NCBI GenBank assembly: GCA_964539475.1
Contig: CAZIIR010000002.1
Coordinates: forward strand, 7,474-56,307
Source: an uncultured Candidatus Saccharibacteria bacterium
Lineage (GTDB): Bacteria > Patescibacteriota > Minisyncoccia > Phycocordibacterales > XYD1-FULL-46-19
Direction: 5' to 3'
Length of the DNA stretch: 48,834 nt
Part shown: one piece after another, positions 1 to 8,658 of the stretch
Layout of the letters: each line of letters begins with the position of its first letter
Position numbering within the stretch: position 1 is the first letter of the stretch
Program-made: the position numbers and the translations under genes
Notes under the pieces: model-generated
Told to the model about the DNA's origin: nothing
Databases searched by the model: none
Seen by the model: the letters and a program-made list of their open reading frames with translations, nothing else

Positions 1-416
1 GTCGTCTCGACAAAGATTCCCGCGGACTTATTATTTTATCAAACGACGGTCGCTTAGCCGGTGCCCTCCTTGCCCCCGAACGCGAACACGAAAAGGAATA
101 TATCTTCACTGCCGACAAAACTGTCACCGAGGAACAGGCCAAACTCTTGTCTAGTGGTATCAAAATTGAAAATTATCGAACTAAAAAAGCTAAAGTTACT
201 AAAACCGGCGACAAAGAATTTACTATCGTCCTAACCGAAGGTAAAAAACACCAAATTAGACGGATGGGGGCAGCGGTTGGACTAGAAACCCGCGACCTTT
301 TGCGTACCAGAATCGAAAATATTAAACTAGCGGACCTAAAAGCCGGTGACTTTCGCGAACTAACCGGCCAAGAACTAGTAGAATTTTTGACTAAGCTCAA
401 ATTAGCCCGTAATTAA
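1..416 (+). CDS. Pseudouridine synthase, RsuA/RluB/RluF family (C-terminal part; the 5' end lies outside the window)
   Basis: Frame 3 is open from nt 3 and reads RLDKDSRGLIILSNDGRL, the catalytic-Asp motif of RsuA-family synthases. It continues through KKHQIRRM to a TAA stop at 414-416. Confidence 0.8.
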   Translation, partial: RLDKDSRGLIILSNDGRLAGALLAPEREHEKEYIFTADKTVTEEQAKLLSSGIKIENYRTKKAKVTKTGDKEFTIVLTEGKKHQIRRMGAAVGLETRDLLRTRIENIKLADLKAGDFRELTGQELVEFLTKLKLARN

Positions 417-719
417 AGGCTATATCCACAGCCAGGTTTTTCATTTTTCCCTATTTTCTGTTACAATATCCGCAGAAAAGTCATCGACCAACAACAAAAC
501 GCCGTCAAAAAAGCGTTAGCGTTTTGAATTTTGGCCGTTGATGAAAGGTCATTGGTTAACACTTACACGCCTGTCAGCGTATTTTTTAGTTTTAAAAATG
601 CGCTCGCACGCGTTGAAGCAAGGAACCGGCTCCTAGTGAGACCGGTTTTTGCTTCCTGGGGCCAAGTGCGCCAAACTTTGCTACAATAAGAATACTTAAT
701 AATTTAGTTAAAATATTTT

Positions 720-1109
720 ATGGAAATTTTATTTGTCGTCGGCCGAGTCTTGTTTGGTGGCTATTTCGTTTTAATGGGTATTAATCATTTTAAAAACACG
801 GCCGGGCTTACCGCTTATGCGACTTCTAAAAAATTGCCGGCACCCAAAGAGTCGGTTTACCTGTCTGGCCTAATGCTTCTTTTGGGTGGCCTGGGGGTAA
901 TAACTGGCGCCTTTTATGCTATTGCTTTGTGGCTTTTGGTTATCTTTTTAGTGGCTTCCGCTTTCACTATGCATGCGTACTGGAAAGCCGGTAATCCCGA
1001 AGAAGCCAAGGCCGACAAAGCCAGTTTTCAGCGCAACCTAGCTTTTGCTGGCGCTGGTTTAATGTTGGTTACTATCGACGCGGTCTGGCGGTACTCCTTG
1101 ATGTTCTAA
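720..1109 (+). CDS. DoxX family membrane protein
   Basis: 129 aa with 3-4 hydrophobic helices. The pattern RVLFGGYFVLMGINHF...AFTMHAYW is typical of DoxX. An extended -10 (TGcTACAAT, 679-687) lies upstream and a palindromic terminator lies downstream. Confidence 0.7.
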   Translation: MEILFVVGRVLFGGYFVLMGINHFKNTAGLTAYATSKKLPAPKESVYLSGLMLLLGGLGVITGAFYAIALWLLVIFLVASAFTMHAYWKAGNPEEAKADKASFQRNLAFAGAGLMLVTIDAVWRYSLMF

Positions 1110-1132
1110 TTTATTTAAACAAGTTATGAATC

Positions 1133-1166
1133 ACCTAAAAATGGCCCAGTTGGGCCATTTTTAGGT
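1133..1166. terminator. Bidirectional hairpin terminator after the DoxX gene
   Basis: Arms acctaaaaatggccc (1133-1147) and gggccatttttaggt (1152-1166) are perfectly complementary, with A/T runs on both sides. Confidence 0.7.
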
Positions 1167-1182
1167 TCTCCTCCCCTCTTGT

Positions 1183-1211
1183 TTGACAAATATTCATAAA
1201 TAGTGTATTAT
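1183..1211 (+). promoter_or_regulatory. Sigma-70 type promoter for the 1264 ORF
   Basis: TTGACA (1183-1188), a 17-nt spacer, then TATTAT (1206-1211). Confidence 0.6.
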
Positions 1212-1263
1212 ATGAGGTAGGATAGCCACTAGAATACCCCGGTGGCGAAAGGGAGAACCTAAC

Positions 1264-1545
1264 ATGCCAAAGAATGTTATACGGACTTTTGACGACGTCT
1301 CCCGTCTCCAAATTGGAGACGTCGTCAAGGGCGAAGACGCCCTGTGGATAGTGAAGGGTAAGGACAATGACAAATCCTACCCAGACCTGCCCCCGCCGGT
1401 GTTCACATTTGAAAACGTGGACACCGGCGAGACCGCCACGGTAGGATGGTGGCAGTTCGGCCCTGAACAGGGCTTCTGCAACGAAAGCTTGGGTATAGTC
1501 CCCTCTCTCGTCGGGGCCCGTCTGGTGACCCCCGTGGCCGTCTAG
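1264..1545 (+). CDS. Hypothetical small protein (93 aa)
   Basis: It has its own consensus promoter, a GGGAGA ribosome-binding site 8 nt upstream of the ATG, and a strong terminator at 1567-1597. The antisense 155-aa ORF (1135-1602) has no such signals. Confidence 0.6.
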   Translation: MPKNVIRTFDDVSRLQIGDVVKGEDALWIVKGKDNDKSYPDLPPPVFTFENVDTGETATVGWWQFGPEQGFCNESLGIVPSLVGARLVTPVAV

Positions 1546-1566
1546 CCACCCCACCTCGCTCACACG

Positions 1567-1597
1567 CCGGAACCCTCCCAGGGTTCCGGCTTTTTTT
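1567..1597 (+). terminator. Intrinsic terminator
   Basis: ccggaaccc / gggttccgg stem followed by cttttttt. Confidence 0.8.
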
Positions 1598-1662
1598 GAC
1601 AATATAACTTTTTTATGTCAATAATAGACGCAGACATCTGGGCTAAAAAAGCCTAGAAAAAT

Positions 1663-1980
1663 ATGTGGAGGAGAAACGTCGTGAAGAAGAGTCTAAGTGT
1701 AAGTGTACCTGTTCCCGCCAAACCGACTGCGGGCCCTCTGACCAGAGAAAGATTTTTGGCCCTCAAACCTGGTTGGGAAATTATCGATGGTCGGGGTCAA
1801 ACCTGGATTGTTATCGATAACTGTACCCACCAACGCGACCGCCTGGTCCTACGCACCCCCGGCAATACCAACAAAGTCGTTTTCTGGAGGGAGGACCAGG
1901 ACATCATGGACGAAAGGGGGTCATTCCTATTCGAGTTGAACGACGATTATGCACAAGTCCTCCCTCGGACCCAAGCTTAA
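1663..1980 (+). CDS. Hypothetical small protein, possible paralogue of the 1264 ORF
   Basis: The ORF is followed by a terminator at 2006-2039. GGAGGAG at 1667-1673 sits 7 nt before GTG 1681, so 1681 is a more likely start than ATG 1663. It shares a G..WIV core pattern with the 1264 protein. Confidence 0.55.
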   Translation: MWRRNVVKKSLSVSVPVPAKPTAGPLTRERFLALKPGWEIIDGRGQTWIVIDNCTHQRDRLVLRTPGNTNKVVFWREDQDIMDERGSFLFELNDDYAQVLPRTQA

Positions 1981-2005
1981 TCAGACACCACAGATTACAG
2001 TCCTA

Positions 2006-2039
2006 CCCCCGCCAGCTTCGCTGGCGGGGGTTCTTTTTT
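2006..2039 (+). terminator. Intrinsic terminator
   Basis: cccccgccag / ctggcggggg stem, loop cttcg, then ttctttttt. Confidence 0.85.
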
Positions 2040-2152
2040 ACTTTTTATGCTTTTTGTCAAGTTTGCCACCCCCTTTAAATATGTTACAAATATGGGCAGT
2101 TACCTGAACATTTACACAACTACACAACCAACCCAAGAAAGGAGCGCGTCTG

Positions 2153-3586
2153 ATGTCAGAACCAATCTGGCCTCAAATTTTAAAAAAGCTCCTTGAAATG
2201 GGGCTTCCGGGAATTGACCAGTTGGTTATCGAGAACTGGCTGGAGATATGTTTGTGCGATGGGATAGCTAATCGAAAGCTAAAACTCGTTGCCCAGACCG
2301 GCATTGTAAGAGATCGAGTGCAGAACGAACTTGCCGAAGGAATTCTGCAAGCGGTTCAAACTTTCGACTGGGGGAAAAACGTCATCAGAGTGGAAGTACA
2401 AGACGACCCTCGCCGTTGTTTTCCTCGAGATGAAGACTGCTTAGCAGAAAGTCCTGCCAACAATGAGCTAACGGCTGTAGCCGTCCAAGTTAAATCAACG
2501 GTTGCTGGACTCCAAACCAGGACTCAAGACAAGACGACAGTTTCCTACCCTGAATTTACCTTCGGTAACTTAATCGAAGGACCAGGCAATCGTTACGCCC
2601 GGGCTTTGGCGTTGGAGATGCCAGAACGGCAAACCAAAGAGAAACTTGTCTTAGTCTATGGGAAACCAGGTTCAGGCAAGACTCACCTCCTCCAGGCCAC
2701 CCACAAGGAGGCCTTGGCGAGAGCTCAGGATAAGTCGCATATTATCTCCGTCAGCGCCCAAGAATTCACGGACGAATTTATGGTCGCATTGGGACAAAAG
2801 AAGATGCTGGAGTTTGGCAGGAAATACGACCGGTGCAAATTCCTCATCTTCGATGAAGTCCAACTTCTGGCTGGTCGAGACAAGACACAAGAGACACTGA
2901 TTGGCATCCTGGACAAAATCCAGGAAAAAGGCGGGCGCGTTCTCATTGCCTCGCTAGTCCACCCCAAAGACGTGAAGTTAGACCCTAGTCTGAAGTCTCG
3001 ACTTTGTGGATTCAACTGCGAAAAGATTGAGCCACCACCAGTGGAGCTAAAAGAAGAAATTCTCAACCTCCACATCAGTAGGTCTCACCTAGCAGAAAAT
3101 CTCTGGCCCAGTGCCGAGATTGTTTCCTGGATCGCCCGAGAAGCCAACGGTGATGCGCGATTTCTACTTGGCCTGCTCAAGAGAGTGCTTAGTCATATTC
3201 GACTCGACCAGAAACCCCTGTCGCTCAAGGAAGTTCAGGAACTATTGTCGGATACTATGCCAAACCCTGTTGACTGTCTCTTGATTAAAAAAGTGGTGGC
3301 TTCGCACTACGGCGCCACTGTTGAGGCTTTGCATGGCCCAGGCAGAAACAAACTCATTGCCCGGCCCCGCCAGGTGGCAATGTACCTCTGTCGCAAGTTT
3401 CTTCCTGGCGAGAGCCTAGCAAAGATTGGCGAGCAATTTGGCAAACGCGACCACACAACGGTCGTGGCTGCAATCAAAGTCATAACCGATATTCTCGCCA
3501 ATGGGTCTGGTCAGGATGAGCTAGTAAGCGAGAAGGACAGCTTGGTGTCCGACTTACAAATAATAGAAAGGAGACTCCGAGACTAA
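2153..3586 (+). CDS. dnaA: DnaA-type replication initiator (divergent)
   Basis: Walker A is GKPGSGKTHLL and Walker B is FLIFDEVQLL. The box VII-like segment is SLKSRL..EKIEPP. C-terminal domain IV reads ARPRQVAMYLCRKFLPGESLAKIGEQFGKRDHTTVVAAIK. The N-terminus resembles DnaA domain I (IWPQILKKL...). AAAGGAG lies 8 nt before the ATG. Confidence 0.8.
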   Translation: MSEPIWPQILKKLLEMGLPGIDQLVIENWLEICLCDGIANRKLKLVAQTGIVRDRVQNELAEGILQAVQTFDWGKNVIRVEVQDDPRRCFPRDEDCLAESPANNELTAVAVQVKSTVAGLQTRTQDKTTVSYPEFTFGNLIEGPGNRYARALALEMPERQTKEKLVLVYGKPGSGKTHLLQATHKEALARAQDKSHIISVSAQEFTDEFMVALGQKKMLEFGRKYDRCKFLIFDEVQLLAGRDKTQETLIGILDKIQEKGGRVLIASLVHPKDVKLDPSLKSRLCGFNCEKIEPPPVELKEEILNLHISRSHLAENLWPSAEIVSWIAREANGDARFLLGLLKRVLSHIRLDQKPLSLKEVQELLSDTMPNPVDCLLIKKVVASHYGATVEALHGPGRNKLIARPRQVAMYLCRKFLPGESLAKIGEQFGKRDHTTVVAAIKVITDILANGSGQDELVSEKDSLVSDLQIIERRLRD

Positions 3587-3587
3587 A

Positions 3588-3624
3588 GCCGGGTTCGCGT
3601 ACGCGAACCCGGCTCTCTTTTTTT
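3588..3624 (+). terminator. Intrinsic terminator after dnaA-like gene
   Basis: Palindrome gccgggttcgcg-ta-cgcgaacccggc followed by tctcttttttt. Confidence 0.85.
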
Positions 3625-3638
3625 ATATTTATCATTTA

Positions 3639-5420
3639 TTACGACCGCTTGTGTTTGGCTCGCTCAGCCTCGGTCAAGTATTGCTTACGCAAGCGCACAC
3701 TTTTCGGCGTGATTTCTAAATATTCATCATCGGACATTATCTCCAGTCCCCGCTCAATCGTAATCGGTAGTGGTGGCACCAAATAAGTTTTTTCATCTGT
3801 ACCCGAAGCGCGCATATTGGTTAGCTGTTTACCCTTGGTTGGGTTCACGGCCATTTCTTCACCTTTTGAGGTGTTACCTACCACCATACCCTCATACACA
3901 TCTTCGGCTGCTCCAATATATAAAATACCTCGTGTCTGTAAGTTGGCGAGCGAAAAACCCAAAGCTTTGCCCGAGGCCATTGAAGTCATCGAACCCACCG
4001 CGCGTTTTTCAATTTCACCAGCGTAAGGGCGGAAGCCCACCACTCGGGTAGCAAAAATACCTTCACCTTTGGTGTCGATAACAAACTGCCCCCGGTAGCC
4101 CAAAAGACCGCGCGTTGGCCCCTCTAGAGTAAGACGGACAATATTGCCATCGACTTTCATATTGGTCATATGCACAGCCCGCTTGCCTAGTTTTTCAATT
4201 ACTGTTCCCTGCACTTCGGCCGGAACTTCAATCGTTACTTCTTCAAACGGCTCCGATTTTACTCCATCTACATCTTTAATAATAACTTGAGGCTGAGAGA
4301 CGGCCATTTCAAAACCTTCGCGTCTCATATTTTCCAAAAGGACCGCAATATGGAGCTCGCCTCGGCCATAAACCTTCATCGTGTCGCCATCAAAATCGAC
4401 CCGCAAACCCACGTTGATTTCCAATTCTTTCAAGAGACGCTCGCGGATCTGGCGACTAGTCACAAACTTTCCTTCGCGCCCACCAAACGGCGAGTCGTTG
4501 ACCAAAAAGTTTAGGGCGATAGTAGGTTCATCGACATGAATAACTGGTAACATTTCCGTATTTGGGTTGTCACAAATACTGTCACCAATATAAATTTCTG
4601 ACAGACCGGCAACCATCACAATATCTCCAGCCACCGCTTCTTTTACCTCTTTACGTCTAATCCCCTCAAAAGTGAAAAGTTTAGTAATCTTTCCTTCTTC
4701 TATCTGACCGTTTGATTTTTTAATATAAACCTTTCCCCCATCTTTTATTACTCCTTCATATACTCGCACTACTGCGAGCCGACCCAAAAAGTTGTCGTAA
4801 GCTAGGTTAAAAGGCTGGGCCCGCAACGGAGCCGAGGTGTCACTAGGCGCCGGCAAAACATGCTCTAAAACAGTATCGAGCAAGGGCTCCAAATTTTTGC
4901 GTTCATCTTCCAAATTTTTCATCGCTACCCCATCTTTACCAATAGCGTACACGGTGACGAAGTCTAATTGTTCGTCGGTTGCCCCCAATTCCATAAACAA
5001 TTCCAAAATCTCGTCGTGAGCCCGGGCCGCGTCGGCTGCAGGTTTATCAATTTTATTCAAAACGACAATTGGTTTATGACCAATCTCGAGTGATTTTTTT
5101 AACACGAAACGAGTCTGGGGCATGGGCCCTTCTTGGGCGTCGACCACTAAAAGCACCGAGTCGATCGAGCGTAACACACGTTCGACTTCCGAACCAAAGT
5201 CGGCGTGACCCGGGGTATCAACAATATTTATCTTGGTGCCTTTGTAGTTGATTGAGGTATTTTTAGCGTAAATAGTAATACCTCGCTCGCGCTCTAGGTC
5301 GTTAGAGTCCATCGATACTCCCTCTTCCACCATACCGGTCTCACGCATAATAGCGTCGGTGAGGGTGGTTTTGCCGTGGTCCACGTGAGCGATAATAGCG
5401 ATGTTTCGTATTTCAGACAT
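3639..5420 (-). CDS. typA: Translational GTPase TypA/BipA
   Basis: 593 aa. Motifs are [13 protein letters not shown] (G1), DTPGHADF (G3) and NKIDK (G4). The EF-G-like domains and the TypA-specific C-terminus are collinear throughout. Confidence 0.95.
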   Translation of the reverse strand: MSEIRNIAIIAHVDHGKTTLTDAIMRETGMVEEGVSMDSNDLERERGITIYAKNTSINYKGTKINIVDTPGHADFGSEVERVLRSIDSVLLVVDAQEGPMPQTRFVLKKSLEIGHKPIVVLNKIDKPAADAARAHDEILELFMELGATDEQLDFVTVYAIGKDGVAMKNLEDERKNLEPLLDTVLEHVLPAPSDTSAPLRAQPFNLAYDNFLGRLAVVRVYEGVIKDGGKVYIKKSNGQIEEGKITKLFTFEGIRRKEVKEAVAGDIVMVAGLSEIYIGDSICDNPNTEMLPVIHVDEPTIALNFLVNDSPFGGREGKFVTSRQIRERLLKELEINVGLRVDFDGDTMKVYGRGELHIAVLLENMRREGFEMAVSQPQVIIKDVDGVKSEPFEEVTIEVPAEVQGTVIEKLGKRAVHMTNMKVDGNIVRLTLEGPTRGLLGYRGQFVIDTKGEGIFATRVVGFRPYAGEIEKRAVGSMTSMASGKALGFSLANLQTRGILYIGAAEDVYEGMVVGNTSKGEEMAVNPTKGKQLTNMRASGTDEKTYLVPPLPITIERGLEIMSDDEYLEITPKSVRLRKQYLTEAERAKHKRS

Positions 5421-5507
5421 AAAATAAAAGTAGCCCGTGAGGGCAAATAGTGTTCACAATTCTACCATAACAGATTTAAAAAGTAAATATCAAAAACCAA
5501 AATAAAA

Positions 5508-5539
5508 GGTCCGGGTTTTGCTTACGCAAAACCCGGACC
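5508..5539 (-). terminator. Intrinsic terminator of the 5552-6475 gene
   Basis: ggtccgggttttgc / gcaaaacccggacc stem. On the minus strand it is followed by ttttattttggt. Confidence 0.8.
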
Positions 5540-5551
5540 ACCGCCACGCCT

Positions 5552-6475
5552 TCACGGATAAACCAAATCGGAAAGGCGAGCGAGACCCACGAGCAAGGCA
5601 AGTTGTTGGGCAACATTATCCACATTGTTGGGCAACAACTCGTAACCCAAACTTTTTTCCCGGGCTATGGCTATACCGTTAATGTCCGGGTCCATACCAC
5701 AGACATTCCCAGGGATAGTGATGTGCAGCTCGCCAATCTCCCCGCCGGAGTGAATTCTCACCTGCATTTTTGGCTTCAGTGAAGTCAGCTTCTCGCGGAC
5801 TGTCCGCCGATCCACCACCCCCTCCACTTCGCCGCACATATTTATGTGGGCCCAAGCCAGTGCTTCTTCCACGGGTGCCATGGCCGAATGGTCAAGAGAC
5901 AACCGAGCCAACTGTCGCGTTAATGCGGGAGAAAACTCCACCCTCGGCCCGAGTAAATACTCGGCCACATCCCCAAAACGAATCATCGCCCCTTGTTGAT
6001 AGCCCTCAAGAGGGGGGTCTCTGACCGGCTCTTGCAGACAATCAAACAACAAAGATGGCCCATCAGAAGTGTTTGTAAAACTCACCACCATCGCCTGGTG
6101 GTGGCCCTCAAGCGGCACTTTGATCGGGTCTTTCAAGGCCGCAAACAGGTCCGCCATTCCAAGCATCATCACCTCCAACTCTTCGGCCGAGACCTCCCCC
6201 TTTCCCCACAAAATCGGCAATGGCATGACGAAAGCCGGCCACGAACCTTCTTCTACCGCAGGCTCAAAAGAAAACGGCAGGCGTTTCTCTTCTCCTGCCA
6301 CATATAAACCTGCGACATATTCCCCTCCCGAGTCAGACTCCTTTTGCAGACGCTTAAACGCCAAGGGATGAACAGACACCCTAATCGCTTTTGCGTTTGA
6401 GTTGCCCCGCAGGGACAACCGGTACCACGTTGGCATATCGGTCTCCAGCAAGGAGACTTCTTGACTTTTTTGCAC
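5552..6475 (-). CDS. Hypothetical protein (307 aa), GC-rich unit
   Basis: GTG start preceded by GGAAGGAGG at a 7-nt spacing. It has its own promoter (6517-6545) and terminator. I recognised no family motif. Confidence 0.7.
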   Translation of the reverse strand: MQKSQEVSLLETDMPTWYRLSLRGNSNAKAIRVSVHPLAFKRLQKESDSGGEYVAGLYVAGEEKRLPFSFEPAVEEGSWPAFVMPLPILWGKGEVSAEELEVMMLGMADLFAALKDPIKVPLEGHHQAMVVSFTNTSDGPSLLFDCLQEPVRDPPLEGYQQGAMIRFGDVAEYLLGPRVEFSPALTRQLARLSLDHSAMAPVEEALAWAHINMCGEVEGVVDRRTVREKLTSLKPKMQVRIHSGGEIGELHITIPGNVCGMDPDINGIAIAREKSLGYELLPNNVDNVAQQLALLVGLARLSDLVYP

Positions 6476-6516
6476 CTTAGGACCTCCTTCCGGCTTGCGC
6501 CTTTTTTCTGCTTTTA

Positions 6517-6545
6517 TTTCTACAACATTAGAAAACTTTTGTCTA
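6517..6545 (-). promoter_or_regulatory. Promoter (TAGACA-17-TAGAAA) carrying the shared box GTATAGACAAAAGT
   Basis: The minus strand reads GTATAGACAAAAGTTTTCTAATGTTGTAGAAAT. The -35 is at 6540-6545 and the -10 at 6517-6522. Confidence 0.55.
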
Positions 6546-6548
6546 TAC

Positions 6549-6791
6549 CTAGCTTGGCTTTACCACTAGTTCTTCCGCTATTGGTCGAAAGCGGGCCACT
6601 TCTACCCCATCTTTAATAATATTTTCTAAAAACATAGCTGTTGGTCTCGCCCACAGCCCACCATCTTCGAGGTGAATATAAATAGCGAGTGGTTCCAAAG
6701 TTTCGCTATGCCTTACCTCCGCCAAAACTCGCACCTTGGTACCCTTGTAGTGTTCATACAAACCACCAATTTCTAGTTTTTTCATCTTCAA
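6549..6791 (-). CDS. DUF1653 family protein
   Basis: The motif YEHYKG..V.VLAEVRHSETLEPLAIY..L....LWARPTAMF matches the DUF1653 pattern. ATG 6785 lies 6 nt after a TAAAAT -10, which suggests a leaderless start. Position 6791 is a TTG. Confidence 0.75.
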   Translation of the reverse strand: MKMKKLEIGGLYEHYKGTKVRVLAEVRHSETLEPLAIYIHLEDGGLWARPTAMFLENIIKDGVEVARFRPIAEELVVKPS

Positions 6792-6839
6792 ATTTTACCA
6801 TAAATATTCCCGCCAAAAGTTTTATAAAACAAAAAAGGC

Positions 6840-6864
6840 CCAGCGCGTACTTCGTACGCGCTGG
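6840..6864 (-). terminator. Intrinsic terminator of the 6886-7437 gene
   Basis: ccagcgcgtac / gtacgcgctgg stem. On the minus strand it is followed by ccttttttgtttt. Confidence 0.8.
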
Positions 6865-6885
6865 AGCCAACTGCGAAAAAGAAAC

Positions 6886-7437
6886 TCAAAACTCCAACAA
6901 CTCCTGCGACCCCGTGAACGAAACATGGAAGTCCCGGAGAAAGGGATTACAACTGGTGCTGGCAATGGTCTGAACACTGTCCAAAGACAACATCCCCACA
7001 TCAAAACAAGCCCGCACAAGAACCCCCTCGTCTCCCTCTTCGGTTAGCCCCGAGAAGCCGAAGACAAAGTCGCTGGTGACAATGGCTCCGCCATAGCGAC
7101 CCTGATCTGGTTCGCGAGATTGCCAACTACTCACGTGACCTTCTTCGGTCAGAGACAACAAACGAGTCGCTTTCTCCTGACAGAGAGCAAAATACCGCAT
7201 GGTCTTCTCTGGGGGCACCGTCCCCACTCGGACGACAATAAGCGGTGCCCTTTTGGCCCACTCCACATCCGGAACACGCGGACTCCGTTCCCACACGGCG
7301 AGATACCCGCCAAAACTTAGTTGCCCGGGGGTCGCCCATCGGGAAAAATTCTTAATCTCTTCCTCCAGCCTCCCCAGTAGAGGAATAAAATCGCTCATCT
7401 CTCTCAAAACGCACCTTCCTTTCTCTTTCTTTTTCAA
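6886..7437 (-). CDS. Hypothetical protein, GC-rich unit
   Basis: Long ORF with its own promoter (7461-7489) and terminator. The first ATG is at 7398, and 7437 is a TTG. The segment YGGAIVTSDFVFGFSGLTEEGDE faintly resembles the GlcG/DUF336-type GGxI..G.SG..D pattern, but this is weak. Confidence 0.6.
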   Translation of the reverse strand: MKKKEKGRCVLREMSDFIPLLGRLEEEIKNFSRWATPGQLSFGGYLAVWERSPRVPDVEWAKRAPLIVVRVGTVPPEKTMRYFALCQEKATRLLSLTEEGHVSSWQSREPDQGRYGGAIVTSDFVFGFSGLTEEGDEGVLVRACFDVGMLSLDSVQTIASTSCNPFLRDFHVSFTGSQELLEF

Positions 7438-7460
7438 ATTGTGACTTCAGACCTCCCCAA

Positions 7461-7489
7461 TCTCTACCACTATTTAAGACTTTTGTCTA
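7461..7489 (-). promoter_or_regulatory. Promoter (TAGACA-17-TAGAGA, extended TGg) carrying the shared box GTATAGACAAAAGT
   Basis: The minus strand reads GTATAGACAAAAGTCTTAAATAGTGGTAGAGAT. The -35 region lies inside the last codons (CIDKSLK*) of the upstream nuclease gene. Confidence 0.55.
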
Positions 7490-8087
7490 TACAAGCCCTA
7501 TCGGCCCACAAACCTCTTTTTTCTACCCGTGCTTCTTGTTGGGCTAGTCTAAAATCTGCTTGATATTTATACGGTACCCCGTTGTAGATGTACTCATAAG
7601 CAAAACCTTCGGTCACCATTAGTTTATTAAAATTAGTCCCGTCGGGAAGTATCACATACCGCAACAGCCGGCCATACTTGTCGCGCTCACCTTGTGTTGG
7701 GTCCGCTTCTAGTCGCACTGTTTGCCCCGCGAGCACCGCCTTCGCTTTAGCCGAAGCTTCTATACCGAAACACTCCACCTTTTTGCGCGGGTCTACGGTC
7801 TCGGGTGTATTTATCCCAATCAAACGCAAAGTTTCTTTCTTCCCCTCTATATCTACCACCACCGTGTCGCCATCCACCACTCTTACCACTTGATACAAAT
7901 CTGTCGACACTATTGGTGAAGAAGTCGCCACCCCAGTCTCTTCGGCTAGTGTCGACCACCCCTCTTCACCACTTACATCTTCCCTACTTTTTTCATTCAC
8001 CACCACCTGGTTTCCAACTAAAATAAGTAAAAACAAAACCGCCCCCACCACACCGCCACCAATTTTTACCAGTTTAAAAGAAGGCAT
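7470..8087 (-). CDS. Membrane-anchored thermonuclease (staphylococcal nuclease/SNase fold)
   Basis: It has an N-terminal TM helix. The SNase motifs are VVRVVDGDTVVV, LRLIGINTPET, GERDKYGRLLRYV and EGFAYEY. Confidence 0.85.
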   Translation of the reverse strand: MPSFKLVKIGGGVVGAVLFLLILVGNQVVVNEKSREDVSGEEGWSTLAEETGVATSSPIVSTDLYQVVRVVDGDTVVVDIEGKKETLRLIGINTPETVDPRKKVECFGIEASAKAKAVLAGQTVRLEADPTQGERDKYGRLLRYVILPDGTNFNKLMVTEGFAYEYIYNGVPYKYQADFRLAQQEARVEKRGLWADRACIDKSLK

Positions 8088-8089
8088 TT

Positions 8090-8560
8090 TTAAATTAGCT
8101 TCACTTCTATTCTAGTATCAACATGATAGTCACCATCTTTCTCATCGCTATTCATCCAGACTTGTTCCGGCACCAATTTATATACTCGGCGCAAATTAGG
8201 CACCATAAAATCTACCGCTAGTGGTGCTGGTTTATTTTTCCGACCATAGAGCAAGGCCAGGGCTTCTCCTATCTCTTTTTCCTTTTCCAGTTCTTCCGCT
8301 CGACCTTTTATATATACTCCCTCACCCGTACCTTCGGGTGCTTTCGAGGCATATATCACCGTAAATACTTGCCCATTGGCTTTAATATTTACCGAGTGCT
8401 GGGCCATCGACGCCGAACTCCAATAGAAATTATAATTTTTGTCATATGCACTATAAACAGGTGAATTCCACGGCTCTCCCTCCGCCGAAACTGTCGCCAG
8501 CGTCAGATAAATAATATCCGCAATTATTTCCTTCGCTCTGGTCAAATAGTCATTTTCCAT
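8090..8560 (-). CDS. Pyridoxamine 5'-phosphate oxidase-family (FMN-binding split barrel) protein
   Basis: 156 aa. The pattern YLTLATVSAEGEPWNSPVY....FYW.S......H..NI is typical of the Pyridox_ox_2-like family. Confidence 0.6.
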   Translation of the reverse strand: MENDYLTRAKEIIADIIYLTLATVSAEGEPWNSPVYSAYDKNYNFYWSSASMAQHSVNIKANGQVFTVIYASKAPEGTGEGVYIKGRAEELEKEKEIGEALALLYGRKNKPAPLAVDFMVPNLRRVYKLVPEQVWMNSDEKDGDYHVDTRIEVKLI

Positions 8561-8612
8561 AAACCAATCCTAACAAACAAGTCCCTAAAAGTCATTGCCC
8601 TCCTCTCTTATT

Positions 8613-8640
8613 CTATTCTCATATTCGCGCGAATTAGTCC
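8613..8640. promoter_or_regulatory. Repeated 28-nt box, copy 1 (contains palindrome ATTCGCGCGAAT)
   Basis: The sequence is ctattctcatattcgcgcgaattagtcc. The palindrome is at 8623-8634, about 68 nt upstream of the 8560 start. Confidence 0.6.
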
Positions 8641-8658
8641 TATAGTAAAACATTGTTT

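Noticed and set aside
421-430. DnaA-box-like tatatccaca, and the idea that oriC lies beside the dnaA-like gene.
   Set aside because: It is a single near-match with no cluster of boxes, and I saw no AT-rich unwinding element around 1980-2152 or 3587-3640. The evidence is insufficient to call an origin.
1135-1602. 155-aa minus-strand ORF overlapping the 1264-1545 ORF.
   Set aside because: It would start inside the 1567-1597 terminator and end inside the 1133-1166 terminator. The plus-strand ORF has a consensus promoter, an RBS and a terminator.
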